Shown here in pieces: positions 38,678 to 48,734 of a DNA stretch of 64,000 nucleotides; position 1 is the first letter of the stretch, and every line of letters begins with the position of its first letter. A program made the position numbers and the translations under genes. This DNA comes from a virus (taxonomy: Duplodnaviria > Heunggongvirae > Uroviricota > Caudoviricetes). Location: the IMG/VR virus record IMGVR_UViG_3300029653_000083, positions 74,236 to 138,235 of that record; one strand, given 5' to 3'. The notes below the pieces were generated by a model. It saw only the letters and a program-made list of their open reading frames with translations, was not told the DNA's origin and did not search any database.

Positions 38678-38907
38678 TGTATTCCAAAGAGCAGATATGT
38701 TGCATGGTTTCTCTCATAATATTGTCGGCGTTGAGCTTGGCCGCGCTGGTGCATTACGCTCGACTGTCGATAGGGAGAATGAGTCGGATGCCTGACGAGA
38801 AATCCCGTTCAGACCTGTTCAACTATCGGCTGATGACCGTCGTGTCACTGCTGGTGTTGTCGGTTTCGGTGGGTTCCATCATCGTCTACGGTTCCTCTCT
38901 CAAATAG
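38677..38907 (+). CDS. small membrane protein
   Basis: ORF track; two hydrophobic segments. Confidence 0.4.
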   Translation: MYSKEQICCMVSLIILSALSLAALVHYARLSIGRMSRMPDEKSRSDLFNYRLMTVVSLLVLSVSVGSIIVYGSSLK

Positions 38908-38947
38908 ATTGGAAGACTGCCATATTACTAATTCCTTCTACTTCTCA
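38908..38947 (+). promoter_or_regulatory. conserved element motif 2, copy d
   Basis: GATTGGAAGACTGCCATATTACTAATTCCTTCTACTTCTC ~55 nt upstream of AAA ATPase start. Confidence 0.5.
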
Positions 38948-39003
38948 AACATTGACCATAACGTTTATTGACAAAAATCATTTTCAGAAAGCAGGAAGGT
39001 CAG

Positions 39004-39960
39004 TTGTTAAACAGCACGGAAATGCTTCGACTGGTCAGAGCCGCATGCAACGGAGACCATTTGAAACTGTCCCAGCAAATCGACTTGCTGGCCGACTCGG
39101 TGGAGAAAGCCAAGCCGACCGCCTACACTACGAATCTGCGTCGGCTGGCAGAGTCGGAACGAGAGAAGGGACTGTCCGTCAACACGAATCTGGCACCGGT
39201 TGACGGGTTGACCGAACCGTTGCTCCCACCGGACGGTACTCATAAGCCTGTGTGGGATAAGACCATGCGGGGATTGTTGGACGGACTGGTTGCCGAATAT
39301 GGGAAACTGGATGTCCTGACCGCGCATAATCTCGCTCCCCGTAATCGAATCATGCTCACGGGAGCGCCCGGCACAGGCAAGACCACCTTCGCTTCCATCC
39401 TGTCGGAGAGGCTTGGACTGGACGGGGTCATCCTTCGTGCAGACCGTGTTATCAGCAGTCAGCTCGGTAAGACGTTAACCAATATCGCCTTGGTGTTCGA
39501 CCGGCTCCACATGGAACGCAAGCTCCTGTTCATAGACGAATGCGACATGCTTCTGGCACGACGCGACAACTCCCATGACGTTGCCGAAATGCGTCGGGCA
39601 ACCAATCTCATGTTACAGAAAATAGACCTGCTTCCGGAGGATTGCATTCTCATCTGCGCGACCAACATGGACGGTCTCATCGACCGTGCCGCATGGCGTC
39701 GGTTCGACGTTCGAGTTCGCATGACACTTCCCGACAAGACTACGACAAGGCTTATTATCATGCACCGGCTTAAGGAGTTGAATATCCAAGCCGACGTTCG
39801 ACCATGCGACATCAATGTAGAGAACATAAGTCCAGCCCTTATCGTCCAAACAGTGGACAATCTTGCCCGTAAGACTTTGATTTCCGGTTCGGAAACCATT
39901 CCGGCCGACCTGTTCGTCAATGCTTTCAACTCTCTGAAGATGGAGGTTTCCAACCAGTGA
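39004..39960 (+). CDS. AAA+ ATPase
   Basis: Walker A LTGAPGTGKT, Walker B LLFIDECD, sensor-1 ICATN; TTG start with AGGAAGG RBS. Confidence 0.75.
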   Translation: MLNSTEMLRLVRAACNGDHLKLSQQIDLLADSVEKAKPTAYTTNLRRLAESEREKGLSVNTNLAPVDGLTEPLLPPDGTHKPVWDKTMRGLLDGLVAEYGKLDVLTAHNLAPRNRIMLTGAPGTGKTTFASILSERLGLDGVILRADRVISSQLGKTLTNIALVFDRLHMERKLLFIDECDMLLARRDNSHDVAEMRRATNLMLQKIDLLPEDCILICATNMDGLIDRAAWRRFDVRVRMTLPDKTTTRLIIMHRLKELNIQADVRPCDINVENISPALIVQTVDNLARKTLISGSETIPADLFVNAFNSLKMEVSNQ

Positions 39961-40223
39961 ACCGTGACGGATACAAGTTCGATATCAATGTCCGCAGAAA
40001 CGGTTTCATGTCATATCTGTGGAGTGCTGAAGTGGAAGATGAAGGATTCTTCACTCCCATTGCGAACGGTACTGCCCACACTCTCAACGGCGGCAAGAAA
40101 GCCGCTATGAAACAAGCGAGAAAGTGGGCGCAACACCAGCTCGCCCACCCCAGTGAAAAGGAAAGGTGGGCGGAATGTACGACGATGAGCAACACCAAAA
40201 CCAGACACCGGCGAAGTCACTGA
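39957..40223 (+). CDS. hypothetical protein
   Basis: ORF track; GTGA overlap. Confidence 0.4.
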   Translation: MNRDGYKFDINVRRNGFMSYLWSAEVEDEGFFTPIANGTAHTLNGGKKAAMKQARKWAQHQLAHPSEKERWAECTTMSNTKTRHRRSH

Positions 40224-40474
40224 AACGTTCCGGAAGGCAACCGAAACTATCCGACGTCGTCATGCTCGACCGGGGTTGTCAACTGTGGATTCGTGAAGCC
40301 CGTAAAGGGAACATCACTGACACGTCGAAGACCTTGGAGAAGATTCGGTATCAGCTTCGATTGGAACGTCGTGTGGCCGGACAATCCGGTTCTGGACTTC
40401 GTAGACCTGTGGGTAGGGATAAAAAACCCGATACGGATGGGAACGGTTCAAAGCCGGATAGGAAAGACTTGTAA
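40166..40474 (+). CDS. hypothetical basic protein
   Basis: ORF track; start uncertain. Confidence 0.35.
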   Translation: MGGMYDDEQHQNQTPAKSLKRSGRQPKLSDVVMLDRGCQLWIREARKGNITDTSKTLEKIRYQLRLERRVAGQSGSGLRRPVGRDKKPDTDGNGSKPDRKDL

Positions 40475-40482
40475 CCCATTAG

Positions 40483-40520
40483 GGTGCCGGTGGACGGTGC
40501 TGTCAACCGGCACCTTTTGG
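40483..40520 (+). terminator. rho-independent terminator
   Basis: GGTGCCGGT-13 nt loop-ACCGGCACC followed by TTTTGG. Confidence 0.6.
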
Positions 40521-40598
40521 TATCCGACCTCACAATACTGGGGGTATCATTGTGTTATCGACGGAACCACACGCCCGTCATTTTTATAAGGAGACACA

Positions 40599-41363
40599 AT
40601 GAACGAAGGAACCTATGGGCTGGAGACCCTGAAAGCCGACTATCATACGATACTCGGCTACGATATCGGCTATCTCACCGCGGAATCCTATCCACTGTTC
40701 GCACCCTATCGTGCGAAAACCAAGAACAGTTTCTCCGGTAGAGTACCGAGACTGTTAAGCATAATCATCACCACTCTCATTAACACGCCAAGCCGCGAAT
40801 GGGATGCGGAAACCCGCACGCTCACCATCGGCGACGACTTCTTCTTCCTCGCCAACAAATGCGGTTTGAACAGTGGAGGAGACGGACGCACTACCGTCCG
40901 GAACCAGCTTCTCATGCTCTCGTCAATCCAGTTCACCGGAGCGGACGGAGTCAAAGTCACGCCGGTCGAACACACCGAAATCACCGCCGACAGTCTCACT
41001 ATCGAGCATCGGAAAATCACGTTCACGGAACCGTTCGTAAAAATGATGACAAGGAACGTCCGGCAGATGCCGTTGAAGTGTCTGTACCCCAACGCGGGTA
41101 GCGCCATAGCGATAGACCTGCTCGCATTGGCGGCATTGTATTGTCCGAACGACCATAGGCTCATCATCGAACGGGCAGACCTTCCATCACTGCTTCCAGC
41201 AAGCAGGCAAAGCCTCTCCAAGCAGAATCTTCTAAATAGATTCAAGGAGTTAAACGACAGTCAGAACGAGTGGACGTATCGTATAACGAAATACAGTGTG
41301 ACCATCAGCCCGTTCGGAGTGTACTCATCCGAAGACGCTTTGAGATTACGTCGCAGACAATAG
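40599..41363 (+). CDS. hypothetical protein (254 aa)
   Basis: ORF track; AAGGAG RBS; degenerate motif 1 upstream. Confidence 0.5.
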   Translation: MNEGTYGLETLKADYHTILGYDIGYLTAESYPLFAPYRAKTKNSFSGRVPRLLSIIITTLINTPSREWDAETRTLTIGDDFFFLANKCGLNSGGDGRTTVRNQLLMLSSIQFTGADGVKVTPVEHTEITADSLTIEHRKITFTEPFVKMMTRNVRQMPLKCLYPNAGSAIAIDLLALAALYCPNDHRLIIERADLPSLLPASRQSLSKQNLLNRFKELNDSQNEWTYRITKYSVTISPFGVYSSEDALRLRRRQ

Positions 41364-41373
41364 TCCAAGCATG

Positions 41374-41410
41374 AAAAGAGGGGAGCCGACCGTAAGGCCG
41401 ACTCCCCTCA
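41374..41410 (-). terminator. rho-independent terminator for 41430..42152
   Basis: Minus-strand RNA forms 14-bp stem (2 GU) with UUAC loop followed by UUUUC. Confidence 0.6.
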
Positions 41411-41429
41411 ATGATGTCGGGTTGGAAAC

Positions 41430-42152
41430 TCAGATTTTCAGCTCATCGATAACGGAAAGGTCAACACCGTCACCCCAATTATCGACAATCTTGCTCAGGT
41501 TCTTACGCATTCCGGCAGGAGACTGGTCGTCAACCGGACGTCCGAAATTCTTCTCCGGCGCGACCGCGTTCAGCACGGAGAACAGCAGGTTGGTCATATC
41601 CTTGCCCTGCGCGAACACCAACGTCACCTCTGCGGCAATCATGCCCGGCTCGGCTGTAGCCAACCCTTCCAACGCGGACGCGAACTCAGAGATTCGACGT
41701 TGGTTCTTCGGCTCAGTCAATGCGTCCAGCACTGCTTCCGGAGTGCTCTTCTTCGTATCAGTCAACGCCTTGGCGAGAGAAACCACACGCTCGTCATCCA
41801 ACGATTTGACAAGAGGAATCAGCTTCTTGCCGAACTGTTCCTCGATGTGCGGCATGGTCTTCTCACGCGGTTTGCGATTGGAACGGCCCTTACCCTTCCC
41901 CCTCGGCTTGTCTTCGGTTTCAGTGGACTCAGCGTCCACGTTCACATCCTCACCATCAGCCGGTGCGGACACGTCAGAGACAGGCTCCGAACTCTCCTGA
42001 TTAAGAGAATCGGATTCCGTCTGCGACTCCTCGACAGAAGACTGCTCCGGTTCAGCATAATTGTCGGAACCGTAACCATTGTCCTGCTCCGACTGCTGGT
42101 TGTTGTTGAATCCCCAATTGGTGAAGTCTGGCATCATACCTTCTTTCGTCAT
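41430..42152 (-). CDS. hypothetical acidic protein with disordered N-terminus
   Basis: ORF track. Confidence 0.5.
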   Translation of the reverse strand: MTKEGMMPDFTNWGFNNNQQSEQDNGYGSDNYAEPEQSSVEESQTESDSLNQESSEPVSDVSAPADGEDVNVDAESTETEDKPRGKGKGRSNRKPREKTMPHIEEQFGKKLIPLVKSLDDERVVSLAKALTDTKKSTPEAVLDALTEPKNQRRISEFASALEGLATAEPGMIAAEVTLVFAQGKDMTNLLFSVLNAVAPEKNFGRPVDDQSPAGMRKNLSKIVDNWGDGVDLSVIDELKI

Positions 42153-42199
42153 ATCCAGCGAACACTCCGGTCGTACAGGCTGTTAACAGTCGGAACGAG

Positions 42200-43040
42200 G
42201 TGTTCTGTATTTTCAATTCACGAGTGTAACGCCCGACAGCATCCCTAAACGGGGAAAACGGGAAAAACAATTCCCCGCGCCGCCCGCGCCGGTAGTTCCA
42301 ACAGAAAAGCGGAACCAAAAAGAGTCCCCAACAAATATGAAAAAAGGAACAACACCCGACCATTATCAGAAAAAACATGAAAACCATCCAGTCCACGCCG
42401 GTAGGTCAACATGAATAGCAGACTCAAAAAAAAGAGAAAAACCAAAAATCAAAAAGACTAAAAGAAAGGAAGCACTACCCACCAAAAAATCAGAAAAAGA
42501 AACCAAACACCATCACATCAAAAAAGAATAACCAAGAAAATCAGAAAGAAAAGAAAAACCAAAAGGAAGAAAAGGAGAATATAAGAGCAGCAATCTTAAT
42601 CAAATAGAAGCAACAGAAGAACAGGACAATAAAAGAAGAAACACCTACCCCTAAATCGGGAATACAACGTATGAAAACAACAGAAGCAACGCAACCATCC
42701 ACAAAGGAACAGCACATCAACCCATATGGCATACAAAACAGAAGAACAACAGCACCAAACACCCCAAGAAACAAAAAAAGCCAAGCAACAGCACCACAAG
42801 GCAACAGGTCAAGCACCAGCACCAGCACAAACAACAACCAACAGCCACTACAACAACAAAAACAACAAAAAGGTCAATAGTCTCACTAACAAGGTCAACG
42901 ACAATCAAAACAAGGTAACATCAATACAGGAACAGCCAATGCAATGAAAAAAAGCAACAGCAAAACCAACAAAAAACTAAATATCAAAAAACTATAAATG
43001 CCAGAACTCGGACAAAACCGTAAACGTTCCGATGAAAACA
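42200..43040. other. strand-asymmetric A/C-rich low-complexity non-coding region (candidate oriT / leading-region control region)
   Basis: Plus strand almost devoid of T over ~0.85 kb, poly-A tracts and (A)nC repeats; divergent intergenic position next to T4SS genes. Confidence 0.4.
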
Positions 43041-43047
43041 ACGGAAC

Positions 43048-44262
43048 ATGACCCATCAGGAGGCGGTCTTATTGGAAAAACGAACGATTTCCCTGATAAT
43101 CGGCTCCGGAGGGCTTCTCACAACCATCAAAAAGGCCCTTACGAGAGCTGGAAACATGCGTTGGCAGGTGCCCGCCGCAGACAATATTCAAGCACAGGCC
43201 GACTATCTGGTAAGACATCCGGTGCCCTCCGGGTTCAAGGGAATCATCTTCACTGACAGGGCTGGAAACTGGCTTCCGATAGCCAACGCCGGATACATGG
43301 TCTACTGGTGCAACACCGGTCAGATACCGGTCGGAGCCATAGGCATGAGCGAACAGATGTTACGCATGAGCGTGGCTGATTTCGCACGGACTTATTGGGG
43401 AATCCAGCTTGCGGACAAGCGTCTCGTAGTCGATATCCTCCAAAACAAAGTGAAGGAAACTGCGGTTCTCCTACCCATCACATCCAACACCGGAGGAGTG
43501 GGGAAGACCACGTCCAGCCGACAGTTGGCAGACCGTGCGTCGCAAGCCGGATTGCGTGTTCTGCTCATCGACGGCAACATCAGACAGTCCAGTCAACGTA
43601 GTTTTTTCGACCCGAGACAGGACAAGCCATTGCATACGATAGCCGACTGGCGACCGGGCATGCAGGTGCAGGTCGGAGCCAATCGAGGACGTGACCTTGG
43701 GGTTCCATACGACATCTGTTTCGCACCTCCAGCAGGCGTCGGAGTGGACTGGCAGATATACCGTCAGTACATCCAAGCGGCACGCCGACTGTGGGATTTC
43801 GTCGTGCTCGACCTTGACCGAATCAGCGCGGACGATTTGGATGATAGGGAGAATATCGCCAACGGTTTACTGCTTCCATACATTCAATCGGGAGACCCTT
43901 GTCTGGTTATCATCAAGGCTGGAAGGCAGACGCAGATAGACGCGTTGAATCTGCTGACGGCCTTGGCTGAGCATCATCTTCCGAAGGAACTCATCGGAAT
44001 CAAGGACACCGTTCCGGTCGGACTGCAAGGTTACAGACGACTCGACTATACGAGATACGGAACGTTTCTCGGAACCGAATATCAGACGGTCGAGGCAAGC
44101 AACCATATCGCCAACGGTGATGTCAGATGGGATGACCCCGGTCTTGCTTTTGCTAGGGAGAACATTCTTAACTGGGCTTTGCCCGACCGTGGTTTCAATC
44201 CGGAAAGATTCAATCCGAACGCTAAGAACAGTGAAGGAAAGAAAGGTCGTGGGCGTAAGTGA
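43048..44262 (+). CDS. MinD/ParA/CpaE-superfamily P-loop ATPase with ~140-aa N-terminal domain
   Basis: Deviant Walker A ITSNTGGVGKTT; LLIDGN; architecture like CpaE/TadZ. Confidence 0.55.
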   Translation: MTHQEAVLLEKRTISLIIGSGGLLTTIKKALTRAGNMRWQVPAADNIQAQADYLVRHPVPSGFKGIIFTDRAGNWLPIANAGYMVYWCNTGQIPVGAIGMSEQMLRMSVADFARTYWGIQLADKRLVVDILQNKVKETAVLLPITSNTGGVGKTTSSRQLADRASQAGLRVLLIDGNIRQSSQRSFFDPRQDKPLHTIADWRPGMQVQVGANRGRDLGVPYDICFAPPAGVGVDWQIYRQYIQAARRLWDFVVLDLDRISADDLDDRENIANGLLLPYIQSGDPCLVIIKAGRQTQIDALNLLTALAEHHLPKELIGIKDTVPVGLQGYRRLDYTRYGTFLGTEYQTVEASNHIANGDVRWDDPGLAFARENILNWALPDRGFNPERFNPNAKNSEGKKGRGRK

Positions 44263-45455
44263 CATTCGATGACCGTTTTCTTTTCGACCCGAACGACGAG
44301 AATCTTTGGAAGACCGGAAGCATTGCCGACTGGTATAAAGGCAACGACATGTTCGAGATGGAGCATCCCGGATTGTTCGCGCAGACCCACCCGTGGTTCG
44401 TTGCGAACAAACTGTTCGCGGAGACAATGGTGAAAGCGAACAGCGAACTCGTTTCGAGTATCCTCGGCGCATTGTTCACTTGGAAGACATGCACGGTTGA
44501 CCAACTACGTGCGGGACTTTCCATCAAAGGCGCTCCCGCTTTCGAACGTGACGAACCGAACCTGTATGGTGCGATGAACCGTTTGGGAATCATCAACGTC
44601 GGTTTCAGTCAGGCGGAACGATTGTACGGTCAGACCGTGAATCATGTTTGGCTTTCACCGTCGAACAGTCCACGTCTTATCAACCGTGCGATGAAATTGT
44701 ACGGGATGGAAAAGTGGATGCGTGAGACGATGGCGGTTTCCTATTACGCGGGGAATCGTTTCCATGTTCGGCATAACACTTATGCGGCGCACGCGGGATT
44801 GATGTTGGCACGCGATTCACGCGTGAAATTCTCATCCGGTGATGGTTGGGGAAAATTCCGTAGCGTTGACCCACAGGCTGTTGCCGAGTCGAAGGTCGGC
44901 AAGGCTTGCGCGACCGACGTGGTGACGTTGTGCCGGAACAATGTGTTGGCGGGTATCGAAATCCAAACGTCCAACAGCGAATTGGATAAGAAGATGCAGA
45001 ACTGGGCTAAGATGCTCGCCTATTCTCCGATGAAGCGTCGCGGACTCATCTGCGTATGGTTGCAGATACCGAAGGCAAACGAAGGTTACGAATCGTTCAA
45101 CGCGGTGGTACAACGCACGCAAGGCATGACGGAAATGGTCGTGGGCAATCCTACCGTGTCGCAACGAATGGGAATCGCGGTCTGGGACGAATGGTTCGAG
45201 CATGGGATGCCGACCGACAGGTTCGGTGACTATACGGATATGAGTGGAACACGACGCAACATTTTCTCCGACGAGTGGGCGCAATATACTCCGCAGGTTC
45301 GTGACGTTCGCAAAGTCAGCGAATGGGGTTGGGACGTGACGCGAGACATCATAAAGAAGGATTGGGGTTGGGATGTTTCCGGTTGGACAATGCCGGAAGC
45401 GTACCGTGGCGGTTTCTACGGTTTCATTGGAAAGGATTGCGATGGTCTCCACTGA
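44259..45455 (+). CDS. hypothetical protein (398 aa), T4SS-associated
   Basis: ORF track; GTG start overlapping upstream stop. Confidence 0.5.
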   Translation: MTFDDRFLFDPNDENLWKTGSIADWYKGNDMFEMEHPGLFAQTHPWFVANKLFAETMVKANSELVSSILGALFTWKTCTVDQLRAGLSIKGAPAFERDEPNLYGAMNRLGIINVGFSQAERLYGQTVNHVWLSPSNSPRLINRAMKLYGMEKWMRETMAVSYYAGNRFHVRHNTYAAHAGLMLARDSRVKFSSGDGWGKFRSVDPQAVAESKVGKACATDVVTLCRNNVLAGIEIQTSNSELDKKMQNWAKMLAYSPMKRRGLICVWLQIPKANEGYESFNAVVQRTQGMTEMVVGNPTVSQRMGIAVWDEWFEHGMPTDRFGDYTDMSGTRRNIFSDEWAQYTPQVRDVRKVSEWGWDVTRDIIKKDWGWDVSGWTMPEAYRGGFYGFIGKDCDGLH

Positions 45456-45882
45456 GGAATCATTCCAACAGACGCAGGACGCGTTGGATGTAGCAAGATT
45501 GGAACGTGCGCGGGCTTTGCAACAGGTTCAGACATTATGTGAGACGGGACGTAGACATTTGGTCATTCCGTTTCTGATGGCGAACATGCAACGTGTTCCC
45601 GCATTACGGAAGATACGACTCTGGCAATTGGATTCGATAATGTTCAACACTTCCCGGCGGATTGCGAACAAAACAATCCGCGTCATGCGTGAAACCATCA
45701 ACGATGATTCGAGCGTGAACGACGGTTACGTGACATTGGGTTGGGCTTTGGAGTCGAAGGAGAAAACCGTCCGTATGACTACATGGCTTCTCCAATTGTC
45801 GTTACGTGAGAAGCTTTCCACTTTCCAGAAGCCGGAAGGTTTCCCATACGCGCAGTTGTATCAGCAGAGCACGAATGATTAA
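45442..45882 (+). CDS. hypothetical protein
   Basis: ATG overlapping stop of upstream gene. Confidence 0.4.
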   Translation: MVSTEESFQQTQDALDVARLERARALQQVQTLCETGRRHLVIPFLMANMQRVPALRKIRLWQLDSIMFNTSRRIANKTIRVMRETINDDSSVNDGYVTLGWALESKEKTVRMTTWLLQLSLREKLSTFQKPEGFPYAQLYQQSTND

Positions 45883-45907
45883 ACAAAAAAGGAAAGGAAG
45901 GTAAAAC

Positions 45908-48568
45908 ATGGGTAATCCGAACTGGTATCAGATAACCAGAACGTTGCAACAGTTAGACCCGGACGAGCAACGTTCTAAAGTGGAGAGCATTCCAGCCGAA
46001 CTGGATGGTTGCACCCTTCTCCTCATCAAGAAGGGCGAGGAGCCGGTCAAGGAATATATTTACGGTGACGGCGAGGGAATCGTCAACGCCGGACAGTTGG
46101 CTGGTTTTGACGCGAGACTGGTCGAAGACGACGACGGGCCGGTGTTGCCGGATGGCGTGAACAGTGCGGCGCATCCTCTTGTACCATTTCGCGCCCGGTT
46201 GAACTCGAAAAGCAACATGGAGAAGATGCGGACGAACTATTCCGGCGTTCGTACAAGCATCGAGAAGGTCATGCCGCCGGACAGTTATGTGAGCGTCACG
46301 CTTCGCAATCAGGGATACTTCGAGCAGATTCGCATTCGTAATTGGATTAGCGACGAATACAATGCGGTGGAGGATTCAAGCGAACTCGCTTCGACCAACA
46401 CGATGTGCGCCCGTGTGAGTTTCGGTTGCCGTCAGGCTTCGCGTAACCGACAGCTTGCGCAGAAGATTGGTCAAATCATCTGTCCGCTCATATCCAACAT
46501 GTCCAGTCATGCGAGCCGTCCGAAATTCGGTTTGCTGTTCGTCAGCATGCTGTTGGAAGTGTTGTCCGTGATTTGGAGTGTGTGCGGTCTTGCAAGAGGA
46601 TACGTGATGGATGGCGTGTTCCCATTGTTCCATTCCGCTTGGGGTTTCGGAATCGCGCTTCCACTGCTTGCGGTGACGTTGGTCGTGTTCCTGTTCCTCA
46701 TGCTGTTGTCGTGCATTCCGTTCGTTTACATTCCGCGACCTCAGATTGCCGGTGGCGCGGTGGCTCTCATGCTTTACCTGCTGTTGGGGTTGCTTCCGCT
46801 CCCGACATTCATTCCGATTCTTTTCGTTCCTCTTCTTGTATTCGCGTTCATCCGTTGGAAGAATTGGACGTTGTGGGATGACATTTTCCAAACGCCACGC
46901 AGATATTATGCGATTGCGAACGACCGTGGCGCGAACGAGTCCGATAATCAGACCCGTCTTGGCGTGCGAACTCATAAGGAGCGTGTGTCGGCTTATGGTG
47001 CGCAACGTACCACGTTGATTCTTTCCCCGATTATCGTGAGTTCCGTGTTCACTCCGGTCACTCAGGGAGTGGCGATGAAGCAGGAGTTGCATCCGGTTCC
47101 GGAAGTATTGTCTCATGATGGCATCTTCCTCGGGAAAGACGATACGGGACGTAACTGTTATCTCGACCCGTCGCAATTGTTCGGCGGTATCGCCATCAAC
47201 GGTGAAGCCGGTTCCGGTAAGACAGTTCTCACTCATGGCATCAGCCAGTGGGCAATCAGCGCACGAGAAACCACCAGTCCGAAAATCTGGGGGCGCGACT
47301 CCCGTATCATCCATTTTTGGATGAAGGATGATACCGGCGTCAACGTGTTGGAACGTTATCGCAAACGTCACGGTTTCACCAGTCCGCAGCGAGTCGTCTA
47401 CTTGGCAGACCCGAACAGTGTATGTTTGGACATGCTTGGCATGAAGGACGGGAACAATGCGATGGAGACTGCGGCGAGCGTGGCGAAAACCATGCGCTAC
47501 TCGTTCGATGACGGTGATATTCTGAACGACTCGCAGAACATCATCACCCAAGCGTTGACCATCGGCGTGGCGGTTGACCGTTACGTGCAGGAGGAGCGCA
47601 AGCATAATCCCGAATCCGCGAACAAGGATTGGGAAAGCGAGATTGTGAAACGTTGCCACCAGCTCGAACAATCGTATCCGGGTGCGGAACAGTTGCGAAT
47701 GCAGTTGAGTCCAATCGGATGGGCCGTCGTCGCATTATGCGGTTCCGACGGTCAGGCCGGTTCCGCGAAAGCGTTGGGCCATGTGTGCCGCGCGTTGAGC
47801 ATGGAGTTGAAGAGTGGCTACATGTTCGAGGAGATGACGTATGCGGCTCGTGCGGCCGAACAATTGTATGGCCGTCCGGATGCGGCTGGTCATACGGTTC
47901 GTTCCGACCGTGACATTCTTACGAAGACGAACGCTTCGTTGAACAAGGTGAACCAGTTCCTTCCCATCGAACACATGTTCACCGCACGCCGCGGCAAGGT
48001 GACTTGGACGAACATTCTCGACCATGCTGGCGATTATCACATTGTGCTCGCACCACATAATGGTTATTCGTTGCCGGAACGTATGGATAAGATTCTCGGC
48101 GGCTGGCTCATGTACCGTTTCTGGAATACGGTGTTCGCGCATTGCAAGGATTGGGACAAGGCGGGCAAGTGGACGATGCTCGTGTGCGACGAGTTGAGCC
48201 TGTTGGCTAACGGCAATGATGGCATCATGCCCGCATTGCGCGAGCAGGGCCGTTCGTTCGGTCTTCTTCTCGTGTTCGCCACCCAGTATCCGACCCAGTT
48301 GTCCGACGCGATGTTGGATTCGTTCATCGGCTATTCGACGTTCATCACATACAATACGACGATTCCGCGTATCGCCGATATGACGGCGAAGCGTCTGACG
48401 AACAATGACGGGGAGGATGGTTGGCGTTCAGGTGCGGTCATGAATCTTCCGCGTTATGCGGCGGCTGTTCGCACTCGAACCCAAGAACAGTTGCAGCCGA
48501 CATTCCTTGTCCATGTGAACGATTTCGATAACGGTTATCGCAATGGTGACATGGACGATGATGACTAG
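45908..48568 (+). CDS. type IV coupling protein (VirD4/TraG/TraD family)
   Basis: TM helices; Walker A NGEAGSGKT; Walker B MLVCDELSLL; VFATQYPTQL; AAAGGAAGG RBS. Confidence 0.8.
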   Translation: MGNPNWYQITRTLQQLDPDEQRSKVESIPAELDGCTLLLIKKGEEPVKEYIYGDGEGIVNAGQLAGFDARLVEDDDGPVLPDGVNSAAHPLVPFRARLNSKSNMEKMRTNYSGVRTSIEKVMPPDSYVSVTLRNQGYFEQIRIRNWISDEYNAVEDSSELASTNTMCARVSFGCRQASRNRQLAQKIGQIICPLISNMSSHASRPKFGLLFVSMLLEVLSVIWSVCGLARGYVMDGVFPLFHSAWGFGIALPLLAVTLVVFLFLMLLSCIPFVYIPRPQIAGGAVALMLYLLLGLLPLPTFIPILFVPLLVFAFIRWKNWTLWDDIFQTPRRYYAIANDRGANESDNQTRLGVRTHKERVSAYGAQRTTLILSPIIVSSVFTPVTQGVAMKQELHPVPEVLSHDGIFLGKDDTGRNCYLDPSQLFGGIAINGEAGSGKTVLTHGISQWAISARETTSPKIWGRDSRIIHFWMKDDTGVNVLERYRKRHGFTSPQRVVYLADPNSVCLDMLGMKDGNNAMETAASVAKTMRYSFDDGDILNDSQNIITQALTIGVAVDRYVQEERKHNPESANKDWESEIVKRCHQLEQSYPGAEQLRMQLSPIGWAVVALCGSDGQAGSAKALGHVCRALSMELKSGYMFEEMTYAARAAEQLYGRPDAAGHTVRSDRDILTKTNASLNKVNQFLPIEHMFTARRGKVTWTNILDHAGDYHIVLAPHNGYSLPERMDKILGGWLMYRFWNTVFAHCKDWDKAGKWTMLVCDELSLLANGNDGIMPALREQGRSFGLLLVFATQYPTQLSDAMLDSFIGYSTFITYNTTIPRIADMTAKRLTNNDGEDGWRSGAVMNLPRYAAAVRTRTQEQLQPTFLVHVNDFDNGYRNGDMDDDD

Positions 48569-48597
48569 CTTTTAGCGTTCATCATATTGCTTTTCAA

Positions 48598-48636
48598 AAT
48601 CCGTTCGGAACTTTCAACTTCCGGACGGATTTTTTA
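48598..48636 (+). terminator. rho-independent terminator
   Basis: TCCGTTCGGAA-loop-TTCCGGACGGA followed by TTTTTT. Confidence 0.6.
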
Positions 48637-48734
48637 TACCTAAAAACCTCGCTATGACTGTAAACAACCGCGTAGGTTGATAGGATGAAAAATGCAGGAG
48701 AGTTCCGTTTGGAAAACGAAAGGGAACTCAAAAA

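Noticed and set aside
40480-40598. Near-palindrome CACAATACTGGGGGTATCATTGTG upstream of 40599..41363 as a separate operator
   Set aside because: Best explained as a degenerate motif 1 copy (ATACTGG...GGAACCACAC) overlapping the terminator-proximal region. Too divergent to call confidently.
42671-42947. ORFs 42671..42880 and 42726..42947 in the A/C-rich tract
   Set aside because: Extreme low-complexity K/N/Q/T/P strings dictated by base composition, with no credible RBS. Treated as non-coding.
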